Positions 48,343 through 59,760 of a stretch of 64,000 nt of DNA are shown here, piece after piece (the stretch's first letter is position 1; each line of letters begins with the position of its first letter). Source of the DNA: Leptospira biflexa (GTDB lineage Bacteria; Spirochaetota; DYNZ01); contig DYNZ01000007.1 in NCBI GenBank assembly GCA_020720805.1, positions 2,568 through 66,567 of the forward strand, in the 5' to 3' direction. Below the pieces are notes generated by a model, which was given only the letters and a program-made list of their open reading frames with translations, searched no databases and had not been told where the DNA came from. Position numbers and translations under genes: made by a program.

Positions 48343-51300
48343 TTAGGATCGTTGTTCGTTTTTTTTCAGATAGGATTGTGGGTCAGGGTTATAATCCTGA
48401 ATGGCCAGGACTTTCACTCCCTCCCGATTCTGATCGCTGAGAATAGCCTCAATACCGCTGATTGCGGCACGAGCCCCAGGTACGGTGGTAATCGCTGGAA
48501 TACCGTATTTTAATGCTGCCTGACGGATCGATAACGCATCAATACGGGGGTTGCGTCCCGAAGTTGGCGTGTTGATGACAAGCTGGATAGTTCCGGATTT
48601 GATCAGATCCACAATATTGGGTCGGCCTTCGTGGACTTTTTTGGTTACAGTACACTCAAGTCCATGGTTTTGAAAAAAATCAGCGGTTCCTTCTGTGCCA
48701 TAAAGCTGAAAACCGAGTTGATGCAATTTCTGGGCATAGGGTAGCAACTGCTCTTTGGAGCGATTATTGATGGAGAAAAAGACATTGCCCTTTCTGGGCG
48801 GAGTATCGCCAGCCGCAATCGAAGCCTTATAAAATGCGAGGGGAAAATCCTTGGCAATGCCCATGACCTCACCTGTGGATTTCATCTCTGGTCCAAGGAT
48901 GGTATCCACTCCGGGGAATTTGTTAAAGGGAAGAACAACCTCTTTCACGGAAACATGGCTAGTTTTCCATGGCTGGTTTGGTATATGAAAATCCTTCAAC
49001 TTCTGCCCAAGCATGAGTCGGGTTGCTACTTTTGCCAGCGGGATGCCAATGGCTTTGGAAACAAAGGGAACGGTACGACTGGCTCGAGGATTCACCTCAA
49101 TAATAAACAGTTTTTGCTCTTTCACGGCATACTGGATGTTGATCAAACCGTGAACATTCAGCTCTCTGGCAAGAGCCTCCGTGGTGGTTTCAATCTCCTT
49201 GATAATGCTATCGGATAAACCCTGGGGCGGCAGCGAGCAGGCGGAATCTCCGGAGTGGACACCAGCCTCTTCGATGTGTTCCATAATTCCTGCTACCAGT
49301 ACCTGCTCCCCGTCATAGAGGGCATCTACATCTACCTCTGTGGCATCTGTCAGAAATTGATCGATGAGGATGGGGTGATCAGGAGAGATATCCACAGCGT
49401 GTTTGATATAATTGCGAAGTCCGCTTTCATCAAAAACAATGGCCATCGCCCGTCCTCCCAGGACATAACTTGGCCTTACCAACGCCGGGTAACCAATACT
49501 CTGAGCAATTTCCACTGCTTCTGATTCATTGGTTGCGATGCCGTTATCGGGTTGCAGCAAATTTAATTTTTTTACTACCTGAGCGAAGAGTTCCCTGTTC
49601 TCAGCTCTGTCAATCGCCTCCGGTTGTGTGCCCAGAATCGGAATACCTTCAGCCTTTAATGCTTTGGCAAGCTTGAGTGGGGTCTGACCGCCAAACTGAA
49701 CAATCACACCTTTGGGATTCTCTTTTTTGCAGATAGTCAGGAGATCTTCCAATGTCAACGGGTCAAAATAGAGTCTGTCGGAGGTATCATAATCAGTGGA
49801 AACAGTTTCTGGGTTGGAATTGATCATGATGCTCTCCACATTGAGATCAGCCAGCGCAAATGCAGCGTGACTACAGCAGTAATCAAACTCAATTCCCTGG
49901 CCTATTCGATTGGGACCTCCGCCAATAATGACTACTTTTTCTCGGTTGGTTGGGCTGCACTCATCCTGGGATTCATAGGTGTTGTACAAATAGGGAGTCT
50001 GCGCCTGAAATTCCCCGCCGCAGGTATCAACCATCTTATGGTCAGCAACAATTCGCCATTTTTCGCGGCGTTCTCGGATTTCTTTCTCTTTTCTTGTCAG
50101 GATAATATTGCCCGCGCGCTGTTCCAGCGGTTGGTCCGAGAGTAATAGTGGATCGATCTGGCTTTTATCCTCCATGTACGCAAGCTGACGGTCAGAGAAA
50201 CCGGCTCTCTTCATCTCCCATAAAAGTTCGCGGTAAGACTCTTCGCTATTTTGCAAAAGATCACCAACCTTGCTGCGGTAGTAATCTTCCATCTGGATGA
50301 TCTCCTGAAATTGATCTAAAAACCAGGGGTCGATGGCAGTGAGCTGATAAATTTCAGCAGGAGAGAAGCCGTAACGCAGGGCCTCATAGACAAAAAAGAT
50401 CCTATTCGCGCCGGCATTGACCAACTCATTTCTGAGGAAATCCCGTTTGCGATCTTCTGGTTGGGATGCCAGAAGGCGCATGAATGCTCCGTTGCCGTCC
50501 ATACCCAGACCATAGCGGTCTGTCTCAAGGGAACGCAGGGCTTTCTGCATCGACTCCTGGAAGGTTCTGCCAATGGCCATTGCTTCGCCCACAGATTTCA
50601 TTTGCGGGCCGAGGTGGTGATCTGCATCTGGAAATTTTTCAAAGGCCCAGCGTGGCGATTTGACAACCACATAATCCAGGGTCGGTTCAAAGCTGGCAGG
50701 TGTTGTTTTGGTTATATCATTGGGTATTTCATCCAGAGTGTAGCCAACTGCTAATTTGGCGGCAATTTTTGCGATGGGATAACCTGTTGCCTTCGAAGCA
50801 AGAGCTGAGGATCGGCTAACGCGGGGATTCATTTCGATAACAACGATACGGCCTGACTGCGGGTGGACGCCAAATTGTATGTTGGATCCACCTGTATCGA
50901 CCCCGATTTTTCGGATGATCTTGATGGCCTGGTTGCGCAGCTCCTGGTACTGACGGTCTGTCAAGGTTTGCTGGGGTGCGACCGTAATAGAATCGCCAGT
51001 ATGAATTCCCATGGGGTCGAGGTTCTCTATCGAACAGATAATGACAACGTTGTCGTTCAGATCACGCATGACCTCCAGTTCAAACTCCTTCCACCCCAGA
51101 ATGGATTCCTCTATGAGAACCTGATTGATAGGAGATGCCTCAATACCGCTGAGGACCTTCTGGTCAAACTCCTCACGGTTGTAAATCATACTGCCGCCGC
51201 TGCCGCCAAGGGTATAGGCTGGCCGTATAATACAGGGAAGACCCACCACTTCCATGATCGATCTGGCTTCATCCAGTGTATCGGCCAGTCCAGATTTTGG

Positions 51301-51729
51301 TACCTCAACACCGATCTCCAGCATAGCCTCTTTGAAGAGTTTTCGGTCCTCTGCCCGGGCGATGGCATCTGGTTTAGCTCCGATTAATTCAACCTGGAAT
51401 TTTTCCAGGACTCCATGTTTGTGCAGGCTCATGGCTGTATTCAGGGCAGTTTGTCCGCCCACCGTAGGCAAAATCGCATCGGGGCGCTCTTTTTCGATGA
51501 TTTTTGCCACAAATTCCCATGTGATGGGCTCGATATAAGTTCTATGCGCGTATTCAGGGTCGGTCATAATTGTGGCAGGATTGGAGTTGATGAGGACAAC
51601 TTCGTATCCCTCCTCCCTGAGGGCTTTGATTGCCTGGGTGCCGGAATAATCAAATTCACAGGCCTGTCCGATCACGATAGGGCCAGAGCCTATAACAAGA
51701 ATTTTATGAAGATCTGTGCGTTTTGGCAT
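48343..51729 (-). CDS. carB: Carbamoyl-phosphate synthase large subunit
   Basis: MPKRTDL...[68 protein letters not shown] domain. Confidence 0.97.
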   Translation of the reverse strand: MPKRTDLHKILVIGSGPIVIGQACEFDYSGTQAIKALREEGYEVVLINSNPATIMTDPEYAHRTYIEPITWEFVAKIIEKERPDAILPTVGGQTALNTAMSLHKHGVLEKFQVELIGAKPDAIARAEDRKLFKEAMLEIGVEVPKSGLADTLDEARSIMEVVGLPCIIRPAYTLGGSGGSMIYNREEFDQKVLSGIEASPINQVLIEESILGWKEFELEVMRDLNDNVVIICSIENLDPMGIHTGDSITVAPQQTLTDRQYQELRNQAIKIIRKIGVDTGGSNIQFGVHPQSGRIVVIEMNPRVSRSSALASKATGYPIAKIAAKLAVGYTLDEIPNDITKTTPASFEPTLDYVVVKSPRWAFEKFPDADHHLGPQMKSVGEAMAIGRTFQESMQKALRSLETDRYGLGMDGNGAFMRLLASQPEDRKRDFLRNELVNAGANRIFFVYEALRYGFSPAEIYQLTAIDPWFLDQFQEIIQMEDYYRSKVGDLLQNSEESYRELLWEMKRAGFSDRQLAYMEDKSQIDPLLLSDQPLEQRAGNIILTRKEKEIRERREKWRIVADHKMVDTCGGEFQAQTPYLYNTYESQDECSPTNREKVVIIGGGPNRIGQGIEFDYCCSHAAFALADLNVESIMINSNPETVSTDYDTSDRLYFDPLTLEDLLTICKKENPKGVIVQFGGQTPLKLAKALKAEGIPILGTQPEAIDRAENRELFAQVVKKLNLLQPDNGIATNESEAVEIAQSIGYPALVRPSYVLGGRAMAIVFDESGLRNYIKHAVDISPDHPILIDQFLTDATEVDVDALYDGEQVLVAGIMEHIEEAGVHSGDSACSLPPQGLSDSIIKEIETTTEALARELNVHGLINIQYAVKEQKLFIIEVNPRASRTVPFVSKAIGIPLAKVATRLMLGQKLKDFHIPNQPWKTSHVSVKEVVLPFNKFPGVDTILGPEMKSTGEVMGIAKDFPLAFYKASIAAGDTPPRKGNVFFSINNRSKEQLLPYAQKLHQLGFQLYGTEGTADFFQNHGLECTVTKKVHEGRPNIVDLIKSGTIQLVINTPTSGRNPRIDALSIRQAALKYGIPAITTVPGARAAISGIEAILSDQNREGVKVLAIQDYNPDPQSYLKKNEQRS

Positions 51730-51948
51730 ACGGGAATCCTGATACAGTGATACAATCCATAGATTTTTATGGTCAAATGGTGTTTTCGCGTGCATCTGGC
51801 AACTTTTAAATAAATTCCTATGACGATCCGGTAAAGAAAGTAGCCCTATTGGAATAGACCATTCAGATGAGGTAGAAAATGACATAGTTATGCTAATAGG
51901 TAGAAAAGAGTGCTTGCCTGTGAAGTGTGTTTTTGCTATAGCAGTATA

Positions 51949-52086
51949 TACCTATAAGCATCGATGCTTCGGTAAATTTGGATGGTGAGCCTGCGATGCA
52001 TCGAGCTTGTCGAGATGTCGAACCACAGAACAAGATTTCCTTCGATAGACTCAGTAGAGGTGACCCCGGTTGGGCAATGCCATAAC
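51949..52086. mobile_element. Truncated MITE type B, inverted relative to 34661-34821
   Basis: TA then TACCTATAAGCATCGA terminal repeat; about 135 bp closely match the reverse complement of 34661-34821; the second terminal repeat is absent. Confidence 0.75.
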
Positions 52087-52394
52087 TGCGTCCTTATCGA
52101 CCTTGGGTCAGATCTTCTCTATCCGTGGAGTCGCTGAGTGCGTACATGGATGTACGCCTGCAGATTTGTCCATGGACGGACAAAAATCTGACTCTAGTCC
52201 AACTGTGGACATCGGTCGCTCCTGTGACTTCCTGTCACCCGCGACACTCGTGCATCCGTGCACATCGCATTGACAGTCGCAGGAAATCCTGACTACATGG
52301 CATTGCCTTGCATCGGGTAATGCCAGGTCGTGGTATTTCCAACGTCCTTTTGGTACAAAGTCGATTGCAAACAGTATAAGCAGTGGAGGCAGAT

Positions 52395-53315
52395 ATGAGT
52401 GATGCTACCCAGGGAGTACTCGGCAGGCAGGTACAATCTCCAGAGGAGTATCAACCAGAGTTATTGTATCCTCTATCCAGAGAGACAAGCAGGCAGACAT
52501 GGATCAAGGATAGCCTGGAGATTTCTTTTTTAGGATTGGATATCTGGAATCTGTATGAAATCTCCTGGTGGGAAACGGTTTTGGGTCGGGGTAAAATACC
52601 GCGTACAGCCGTGGGTCAGATGACTATTCCCGCATCATCATCTCATATTTTAGAATCAAAATCGGTTAAGCTCTATTTGAACAGCCTGAATCAGGCGCAG
52701 TTCCCTTCTGAAAAGAGCCTGCTCCAGACCCTCCATCGCGATCTGCGCACAGCCAGCGGCTGCAGTGCTCTCCACATCAACCTGCAATTCCCGCCGGAAC
52801 GGACAGACTCTGGAAACTTGGATTCAGGGAATCCGTTTTCATTCCAGAATGTTCATCCCCAATGTCTCGACCTATCTCTTGTTCATACTCCCGTGCATGA
52901 GGGGGAGTGGGCATCCATTCTTTCGAGTTCGCCTCGGGCAGAACTGGTGGAGGTTTTAGAGGGTGCATCGGTGGAAGAGCTGCTTTTCACGCACCAGTTT
53001 CGATCGGTATGTCCTGTAACCGGGCAGCCGGATTGGGCAACCATATACATCCACTACCATGGGAAAAAAATAAACCCAAGGGCTCTACTGCTCTATTTGC
53101 TTCAGTATCGCAGGCACCCTGCTTTTCATGAAACCTGTACAGAGATGATTTTTTCGGATATCCTTGCTAACGCAAAGCCTGAATGGTTGCTTGTTCTATT
53201 GCAGTTTACTCGTAGAGGCGGGATTGATATCAATGCTCTCCGTTGGAGTCAAGCGTATCCCGATAACTCTAGGTTATCGCCAGGGCTTTATTTGGCCAGA
53301 ACATTTCGACAATAA
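52395..53315 (+). CDS. queF: NADPH-dependent 7-cyano-7-deazaguanine (preQ0) reductase, long two-domain form
   Basis: DIWNLYEISW, ESKSVKLYLNS, CPVTGQPDWA, FHETC, RRGGIDIN. Confidence 0.92.
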   Translation: MSDATQGVLGRQVQSPEEYQPELLYPLSRETSRQTWIKDSLEISFLGLDIWNLYEISWWETVLGRGKIPRTAVGQMTIPASSSHILESKSVKLYLNSLNQAQFPSEKSLLQTLHRDLRTASGCSALHINLQFPPERTDSGNLDSGNPFSFQNVHPQCLDLSLVHTPVHEGEWASILSSSPRAELVEVLEGASVEELLFTHQFRSVCPVTGQPDWATIYIHYHGKKINPRALLLYLLQYRRHPAFHETCTEMIFSDILANAKPEWLLVLLQFTRRGGIDINALRWSQAYPDNSRLSPGLYLARTFRQ

Positions 53316-53523
53316 GCCCGAACCTTTACCAGAAACGAAGAGTTTCCATGTCAAGCAGCGTAAGATTATTGACTAAATAACCAATGCTTGCTATACTTAA
53401 ACCCAGAAGAGGTTGGTATAGCCATAGGAATACCAGTTTTCTTAGGGTAATTGGGCCGGAAAGCGCCGGTGCGCTTTCTGGGTTGAGATTGTAAGAACAT
53501 AAAAAAGAGGTAAAGGGGTCGCT

Positions 53524-53829
53524 ATGAACCGTCAGCAGAAGGTACGACGAATCACGTACGCTATCATTGTTGTGTTAGCAGGAATACTACTTATGGTATT
53601 GCCTGGTCTTCCGATGATTCGCTATATCCTTTCAGGGATTCTGGTTGTGCTGGGATTGATTCAAATGGCGGATAAGACACGCAAGCAGGGAATTGTATTG
53701 GTTGTGCTTGGAGCAGCCCTGTTTTTTCTGTATCCCTTCGTGGCTGGAAGTCTGTATCTGTTAGGTTTAATTCTGGTTCTCGTTGGTATTGCCATGGGAG
53801 TACACGCTTACTTACAAAAACCGGTTTAA
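53524..53829 (+). CDS. Small multi-pass membrane protein
   Basis: 101 aa, about four hydrophobic segments, upstream GAGG. Confidence 0.65.
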   Translation: MNRQQKVRRITYAIIVVLAGILLMVLPGLPMIRYILSGILVVLGLIQMADKTRKQGIVLVVLGAALFFLYPFVAGSLYLLGLILVLVGIAMGVHAYLQKPV

Positions 53830-54671
53830 TGCCCTGCAAAGTATTGACCGGGTATTTCGGATAATAACCCTCGCGCTTTTGCGGTCTGCATCAGGAAGTG
53901 GATCGCTGCTTCGCCATCAGAGCCAAATTGTTCGCTAAATTGGTTCACATAGAGAGTGATATGGCTTTTCATGACAGCACTTTCCATCTCCTGAGCATAT
54001 TTTTGGCAGTAAGCCAGGGTCTCGTCCTCATGCTCCCTGGCGTACTGGATGCTGGAGCGAATCGCCTGCTCCATCGCCTCTATCCACTCAACAGGTAAGG
54101 ATCGTTTGCCCGCGATACCCCCCAGTGGAATGGGGTATCCGGTTTTTTGTTCCCACCAAACACCAAGATCCATCAGTTCCACCAGGCTGTACTCCTGGTA
54201 GGTGAAGCGGCTTTCATGGATAATCAGACCCGCATCCGCATCTCCTCTGGCAACGGCAGGTATAATCTCCGAAAACAGCATCGGTTTGATGCCTCCAATC
54301 TGAGGAAAGGCCAACTGGAGGTACAGATAGGCTGTCGTGTAGATTCCAGGTATCAAAATTTGCGCTTTTTCTGCCGAGAATGGGGAGTCCTGGGTTGCTC
54401 TGCTGACAAGAAGAGGGCCACAAGCATGACCCATGGCGCCTCCAGAGCGAAGAAGCCAGTAGCGACTGCTGATGTGCGCGTAAGCATGAATCGAGATCTT
54501 GCAAAAATCCAGCTCCTCTTGACGCGACATTTTGTTTAACTCTTCGACGTCCGCAAAATAGGGCGTGATGGTGAACGGAGACTCAATTTTATTTTCCAGT
54601 AAAGCATAGAAAATAAAGGTGTCATTCGGGCAAGTGGATAAGCCCAACCGAATTGAGTGGCGGTTCTTCAT
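53826..54671 (-). CDS. mqnD: 1,4-dihydroxy-6-naphthoate synthase (futalosine menaquinone pathway)
   Basis: STCPNDTFIF, DVEELN, GGAMG..CGPLLV, GLIIHESRFTY, DLGVWWE, PIPLGG, HITLYVN. Confidence 0.92.
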   Translation of the reverse strand: MKNRHSIRLGLSTCPNDTFIFYALLENKIESPFTITPYFADVEELNKMSRQEELDFCKISIHAYAHISSRYWLLRSGGAMGHACGPLLVSRATQDSPFSAEKAQILIPGIYTTAYLYLQLAFPQIGGIKPMLFSEIIPAVARGDADAGLIIHESRFTYQEYSLVELMDLGVWWEQKTGYPIPLGGIAGKRSLPVEWIEAMEQAIRSSIQYAREHEDETLAYCQKYAQEMESAVMKSHITLYVNQFSEQFGSDGEAAIHFLMQTAKARGLLSEIPGQYFAGH

Positions 54672-55151
54672 AGTGCTCCTGTTTTTTAAGGGACATTTTT
54701 TTTAGACAGGGCACACTCTTTTGTGACACTTAATTTGCGCAAGACATAATCAATCTAGCTGTGACCATTTCTCCTTGAGAATGGGGAACGAATGCAAGAA
54801 AATGGATGGTTTTTATTCAATTAGGCAAAATTTTCATAGACAACCAATCAGACTTCCTATATTCTTTTCCTGTATTCTGTGGGATTATTATTGTGCGTGG
54901 TATATCCTCGAAAAGGAGAATTATACTGCGATGAAAGTGCTTTTCGCACTTTCTGGCATAGGTATCCTTTTAGAAATGGTTTCTCGAGGCAATGCCGCAC
55001 AGCGTGCGTATCGCTTCCAAATAATAAGATAAAAAAGGGAAGCGATACCAATGGGGAAATCCAATTTCTTTTCGGTAAAAAGCAGTTCAGCGGTCGACTT
55101 TTCATCAAAGAAACCTGTTTATAAACGAATTGGTACGTTAAGGGGCTAACA

Positions 55152-57701
55152 ATGAGATACGGGAAAACTCTACTTGGTTTTGTTGCTATTGGTATCTGGA
55201 TGGTATCGTGGCAGAGCAGCAATGTACTTGCTCAGAGAGTGGAAAAAAAAGCGGTCGATAATATGATTGAAGCGACGATGTCGCAGAGCTTTGATCACAC
55301 TCTCATCGGAAACAAAGGAGATTTTGTTCTGACATCTACGGCCTTTCAATTTGATACTGAGGGTCTTAGTTATACCGCGAACACTGAAAAAAAGCAAAGA
55401 GCGGTTCTCATGAGGACAGCCTGTGGTGATCGATGGGTGGCAACGTTTGAAATGCTCTGGGTTTCTGGAAAACAGATTGGTGCGGGTCTCTACTTTTCCT
55501 ACGAAAATATGATGACTCATTTCTATGTCGGGATCGATGGCCAGAACATTTATCTGATTCGAAACGGTAACGTGATGGCAAAGGTTCGGTTTCAAGCCCA
55601 GCCCAATAAATGGATGCGTTTTCGTTTAAGGCGTCAGGCCAATCAATTTAAAGTCTGGGTTGATAACTTCTTGAGGTTGGAATATGAGGAGGTAAAGCCT
55701 GTTCGAGATGATAGTGTTGTGGAACGTGATCCTCTGCCTTATGGTGGGTTTGCGCTCGGTACAGACGGTTTCATCGAAGAGGGAGCCAAGGTCATTTTCC
55801 GGAACCTGAAGATTCAGGGAAATGTATCCAAAAAACCTCTGAAGCATGCCTATGTCGAAACTATAAATCTGCAAAGAGGTTCCAAGAATACGATTATCTG
55901 GCTGCACCAAATGGATGACAGAGCCTCGCAAAGAGTCCGGGTTTTTGCCAAGGCGTTGCAGGTAATGGAAAAGATCTCTGGTTTGCCCTATCCTGTCACA
56001 ATATCTTCAGAGGTCAGCAGTCTGGATTACAAAGCTCCTTACCCCTTTCGTAAATCGGGTCAATCTTTTTTCCCTGACGTGAATATCATTTTAAGCGGCG
56101 ATAAAACACAGGAATTTTTAACAGCCCTTGCGGAGCAGTGGGATTATTTCCAGGAGTTGTGGCTGGCTGGTGGTTACCCCTTGTTTTTGGCAGGGGCAGC
56201 TTCGCAGAGCATGAGCGATCAGCCATTTATTTTCAAAAATGTTCTGGCTTTTCAGCGCGCTTTGACTAAGATGACTGATAAAAATTTTCAGGATTTTGCG
56301 GTGGATGGCGTCTATTTCGGCCCTGAAGATGTGTATCGTCAGGTGGTGCAGGGAAAGGAGTTCTATGCGGAGAAAGGGGCTCTCTTCTTGTATATGATCT
56401 ATCGCGATCTTGGAGAGAAATTGTTTGCTAAAGCTTCGGCTCGCGCTGTAGAGAATCTGTCTGGAAAGGAGTTCAAACGTTCCAAATATATCAATTCCGA
56501 GGATTTTCTGGAAGCGATCGTTGAGATTACCCAAACAAGATACAAGCCCTATTTCAATGGCTGGATCTTTCCCGGAAAATATGACCGCTGGTCTCCCGAT
56601 TTTTTTATCGATGAGGATAAAGATGGTCTTTTACTTTTTGAGGAGAAGATCATTGGAACAAGTGATAAGGAAGTAGATACAGATAAGGATGGTTACAGCG
56701 ATGCCTGGGAATACCTGAATGGCTTTGATCCCAAGGATTCGAAGAAACCGAATGTAGCACAGATAGCTGTGGATGGATTTGTCCTTGATTGGGCCAATTT
56801 TCGGAATGTGGCATCCGTGCTCGATCCGGTCAATGATGTGAAGAAGTCCTTTAATCCTTTTGATGTACGTAAAGTCATGATGCGCGGTGATGACAAATTT
56901 GTCTATATCGGCGTTCAATATCATAATGATATTCGCCTGAATACAAAGCATATCAAACACCGTCTGTCATTTACCTTCAATGGCAAGGCTTACCATGCCG
57001 CTACCATCGATTACGAGAATAATGAGTTCATCGCGCAGCGGCTGCAGGGAAAGGATTTATGGTACGATTTTTTTGCTTTGGATCAGGGCTTTCTATGTGA
57101 ATTTGCCTTTGATATGGAGTGTCGTATCCCCATAAGCTTTTTTGATGGAGCAAGCCGGATTGAGTTAAGCTATTCTGGTCCTGGTGAGATCGCAGGCGGC
57201 AAAGTAGATCTGAATATAGATCCAGTATTGCCTATAGAGGTCTTTCGGCATGAAAGAAGCGGCATAATCGAGTTCATCACATTAAACGGATTGCAGAACG
57301 AATTGTGGGGATTTGGAGTCGAAGAGGTCAAGGATTCAGGACATACTGGAGAGAACCTGCCCCAACGTTCTGTGGATTTGCGACAGGATAGTTATTGGGA
57401 AGCGAAGCATAACGGGGACTGGGTTTTATTCCAGTTGGATAAGGTTGCGAAAGCAAAGAGTGTTATTCTATCATTGGATAGCAATATCCAATATCAGCTC
57501 TGGGTGGAGATATCCAGGAATCAAAAAGAGTGGATAACCGTTGTCAAGGATCAGGATGTGACAGCCAGGATCGGCAAAAGAGTGATTCCTTTACAAAAGA
57601 TGGAACAATTTAAGGAAGAGTTTCAATATATTCGAATTCATATTTTGAAAACGACCTTTTCGAGGGGCGCGAAACTATTTGAAATTTCCTTTGAACCTTA
57701 A
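55152..57701 (+). CDS. Exported multidomain protein: lectin-like N-terminus, degenerate M1/gluzincin-like core, Asp-rich Ca-binding repeats, discoidin-like C-terminus
   Basis: Signal peptide; YAEKGALFLYMIYRDLGEKLF M1-like helix; DEDKDGL...DTDKDGYSDAWE repeats; WVLFQLDK...YIRIHIL...LFEISF C-terminus. Confidence 0.55.
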   Translation: MRYGKTLLGFVAIGIWMVSWQSSNVLAQRVEKKAVDNMIEATMSQSFDHTLIGNKGDFVLTSTAFQFDTEGLSYTANTEKKQRAVLMRTACGDRWVATFEMLWVSGKQIGAGLYFSYENMMTHFYVGIDGQNIYLIRNGNVMAKVRFQAQPNKWMRFRLRRQANQFKVWVDNFLRLEYEEVKPVRDDSVVERDPLPYGGFALGTDGFIEEGAKVIFRNLKIQGNVSKKPLKHAYVETINLQRGSKNTIIWLHQMDDRASQRVRVFAKALQVMEKISGLPYPVTISSEVSSLDYKAPYPFRKSGQSFFPDVNIILSGDKTQEFLTALAEQWDYFQELWLAGGYPLFLAGAASQSMSDQPFIFKNVLAFQRALTKMTDKNFQDFAVDGVYFGPEDVYRQVVQGKEFYAEKGALFLYMIYRDLGEKLFAKASARAVENLSGKEFKRSKYINSEDFLEAIVEITQTRYKPYFNGWIFPGKYDRWSPDFFIDEDKDGLLLFEEKIIGTSDKEVDTDKDGYSDAWEYLNGFDPKDSKKPNVAQIAVDGFVLDWANFRNVASVLDPVNDVKKSFNPFDVRKVMMRGDDKFVYIGVQYHNDIRLNTKHIKHRLSFTFNGKAYHAATIDYENNEFIAQRLQGKDLWYDFFALDQGFLCEFAFDMECRIPISFFDGASRIELSYSGPGEIAGGKVDLNIDPVLPIEVFRHERSGIIEFITLNGLQNELWGFGVEEVKDSGHTGENLPQRSVDLRQDSYWEAKHNGDWVLFQLDKVAKAKSVILSLDSNIQYQLWVEISRNQKEWITVVKDQDVTARIGKRVIPLQKMEQFKEEFQYIRIHILKTTFSRGAKLFEISFEP

Positions 57702-57782
57702 TCTTTTTGATGTCCTGGAGCTTCTCTGGCTGGAGGTTCGTAAGAAATCTAGCGATGGCAAATTTGCCATGAAGAAAAAGAA

Positions 57783-58442
57783 GTGGGACAAATGATTATG
57801 GAAATGACATTGAATCAACTGCACATGAAAAGTGTGCTGGCAAAAAATATAGATGTGAAGGATACTCTGGATTACGCCCTGTTCGGAATCCAGGAGCCTT
57901 CACTGTTACAACAGTTTTTTTTACTCGGTCCGATTTTTTCTGGCTTAAAAACTCACCACTATTTTGTCGGTATTACCACATCAGGTTTGGCCTTTGTGGA
58001 GGTGAACGCAAAATATGAGGAGCGTAGCCATAAGTTTTATAAATATTATGAGATAGATGGTATTGAAGAGAGTAAAGAGCTGAAAGGAAAAAAACTGAAG
58101 ATACTTTTTAAAAAGGGAGACCACTTTGGGTTGGTATTGCCTCGTGTCGTCCTTGGCCTGACAAACCATGAAGAGGATGTAGAGGCGGCCATCCGGGTTA
58201 TCCATGAGAAAATAAAAAATTCAAAAGAGTATTTCAAAAGGCAACGTCCCCGCAATTTCAATCAGAGGCAGAACCAGGGGAGCGGCGGAAGCGCAAACGC
58301 AGGATCCAATACCGGAACCAACCAGAGCGTGACTACCGGACAGGCTGGTAGTGCAAGCACGGGGAAAGATCCAAATGCTCGTTCTAAAAATTATCATTCT
58401 CATCGCCGCAGAAAAAAAAGACCTGTCAATAAAACAGTTTAA
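57783..58442 (+). CDS. Hypothetical protein with a low-complexity and basic C-terminal tail
   Basis: 219 aa ORF; the tail is N/Q/G/S/T-rich and ends HRRRKKRP. Confidence 0.6.
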   Translation: MGQMIMEMTLNQLHMKSVLAKNIDVKDTLDYALFGIQEPSLLQQFFLLGPIFSGLKTHHYFVGITTSGLAFVEVNAKYEERSHKFYKYYEIDGIEESKELKGKKLKILFKKGDHFGLVLPRVVLGLTNHEEDVEAAIRVIHEKIKNSKEYFKRQRPRNFNQRQNQGSGGSANAGSNTGTNQSVTTGQAGSASTGKDPNARSKNYHSHRRRKKRPVNKTV

Positions 58443-58502
58443 TCGTTTTCATAGGTGTAATGGTACCAGGGATTGAAAAAAGAAGAGCATAGGTAATAGA
58501 AC

Positions 58503-59753
58503 ATGAATGATGTTTGTGCTGTAATTCTCGGGGGTGGCAGGGGCACCCGTTTGTATCCTTTAACAGGGCATCGGAGTAAACCGGCTGTTCCATTTGGCGC
58601 TGAGTTCAGGTTGATTGATATCCCGATGAGCAATTGTATCAATTCTGGTATCAATAATATCTATGTGTTGACGCAATTCCTGATGGCCTCCTTGCAGAGA
58701 CATATATACCAGACATATAAGTTTGATACGTTTCGCAATGGGGTCGTTGAGGTATTATCCGCGGAACAGACCAATGAGTCTATGGCCTGGTACCAGGGAA
58801 CTGCTGATGCCGTACGCAAGCAGCGCCATCATTTTATGGAAGATTCGTACGAATATATCCTGATTCTTTCTGGTGATCATTTATACCAGATGAAATATGA
58901 TGAATTTATTTCGAATCATATTGAACAGAAAGCGGATATTACCATTGGATGTTATCCAGTTACTACAGATAAAGTTCCCGGTTTTGGCATTCTTCAGGCA
59001 AATGAAAAATCTGAAATCACAAATTTTTATGAAAAGCCTAAGGATCCTGCAGTCATCGAAAAATTAAGAATTCCCGGTCTGGTTCCTGAAGAGCCGGGAA
59101 AAGAGTTCTTAGCCTCTATGGGAATCTATATTTTTAGTAGAGAGGTTTTGCGGTTTTTATTAGAAGAGACTGATGAGGATGATTTTGGCGCAGGGATCAT
59201 TCCGCATGCTCTTGGCAAATTTCGCGTTCAATCCTTTCTTTTTAACGGATATTGGGAGGATATTGGAACCATCCGTTCTTTTTATGAGGCCAATCTTGGC
59301 TTGACCAATACAGTACCAAACTTCAATCTGTATGATCCAGAATTTCCGTTGTATTCCAGGCCCCGTTTTCTTGCCCCGACAAAAATTACTAAGGGAGCAA
59401 CGTTGGAAAATAGTATTGTTGGCAACGGGTCTCTAATAGAAGATGCCAGAATAGACCATTCTGTTATTGGCATTCGCTCTATAATCCGCAAGGGAGCCTC
59501 TATCGCTCACTCTGTATTGATGGGCGCGGATTATTACCAGTTTTCTCAACAGTCGCAGTTAGTTCCGATTGGCATTGGGGAGGGGACGGTAATACGAAAT
59601 GCGATTATAGACAAAAATGCCAGAATTGGCAATGATGTCCGCATACTTAACGAGGCCGGCACAAAGGAAAAGGATGGAGATGGTTACTTCATTCGCGATG
59701 GAATTGTCATCGTTCCGAAAAATGGAGTCATTCCACCTGGTACCTTTATTTAA
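58503..59753 (+). CDS. glgC: Glucose-1-phosphate adenylyltransferase
   Basis: LGGGRGTRLYPLT, RSKPAVPFG, WYQGTADAV, ILSGDHLY, FYEKP, ASMGIY, YWEDIGT. Confidence 0.96.
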   Translation: MNDVCAVILGGGRGTRLYPLTGHRSKPAVPFGAEFRLIDIPMSNCINSGINNIYVLTQFLMASLQRHIYQTYKFDTFRNGVVEVLSAEQTNESMAWYQGTADAVRKQRHHFMEDSYEYILILSGDHLYQMKYDEFISNHIEQKADITIGCYPVTTDKVPGFGILQANEKSEITNFYEKPKDPAVIEKLRIPGLVPEEPGKEFLASMGIYIFSREVLRFLLEETDEDDFGAGIIPHALGKFRVQSFLFNGYWEDIGTIRSFYEANLGLTNTVPNFNLYDPEFPLYSRPRFLAPTKITKGATLENSIVGNGSLIEDARIDHSVIGIRSIIRKGASIAHSVLMGADYYQFSQQSQLVPIGIGEGTVIRNAIIDKNARIGNDVRILNEAGTKEKDGDGYFIRDGIVIVPKNGVIPPGTFI

Positions 59754-59760
59754 TATCGAT

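Noticed and set aside
48343-51885. 52 aa N-terminal extension of CarB in the ORF track
   Set aside because: CarB homology starts at MPKRTDL (51729); the upstream part is open frame by chance.
54775-55222. Three overlapping short ORFs between mqnD and the 849 aa gene
   Set aside because: They overlap each other on both strands and have no motifs, so none can be supported.
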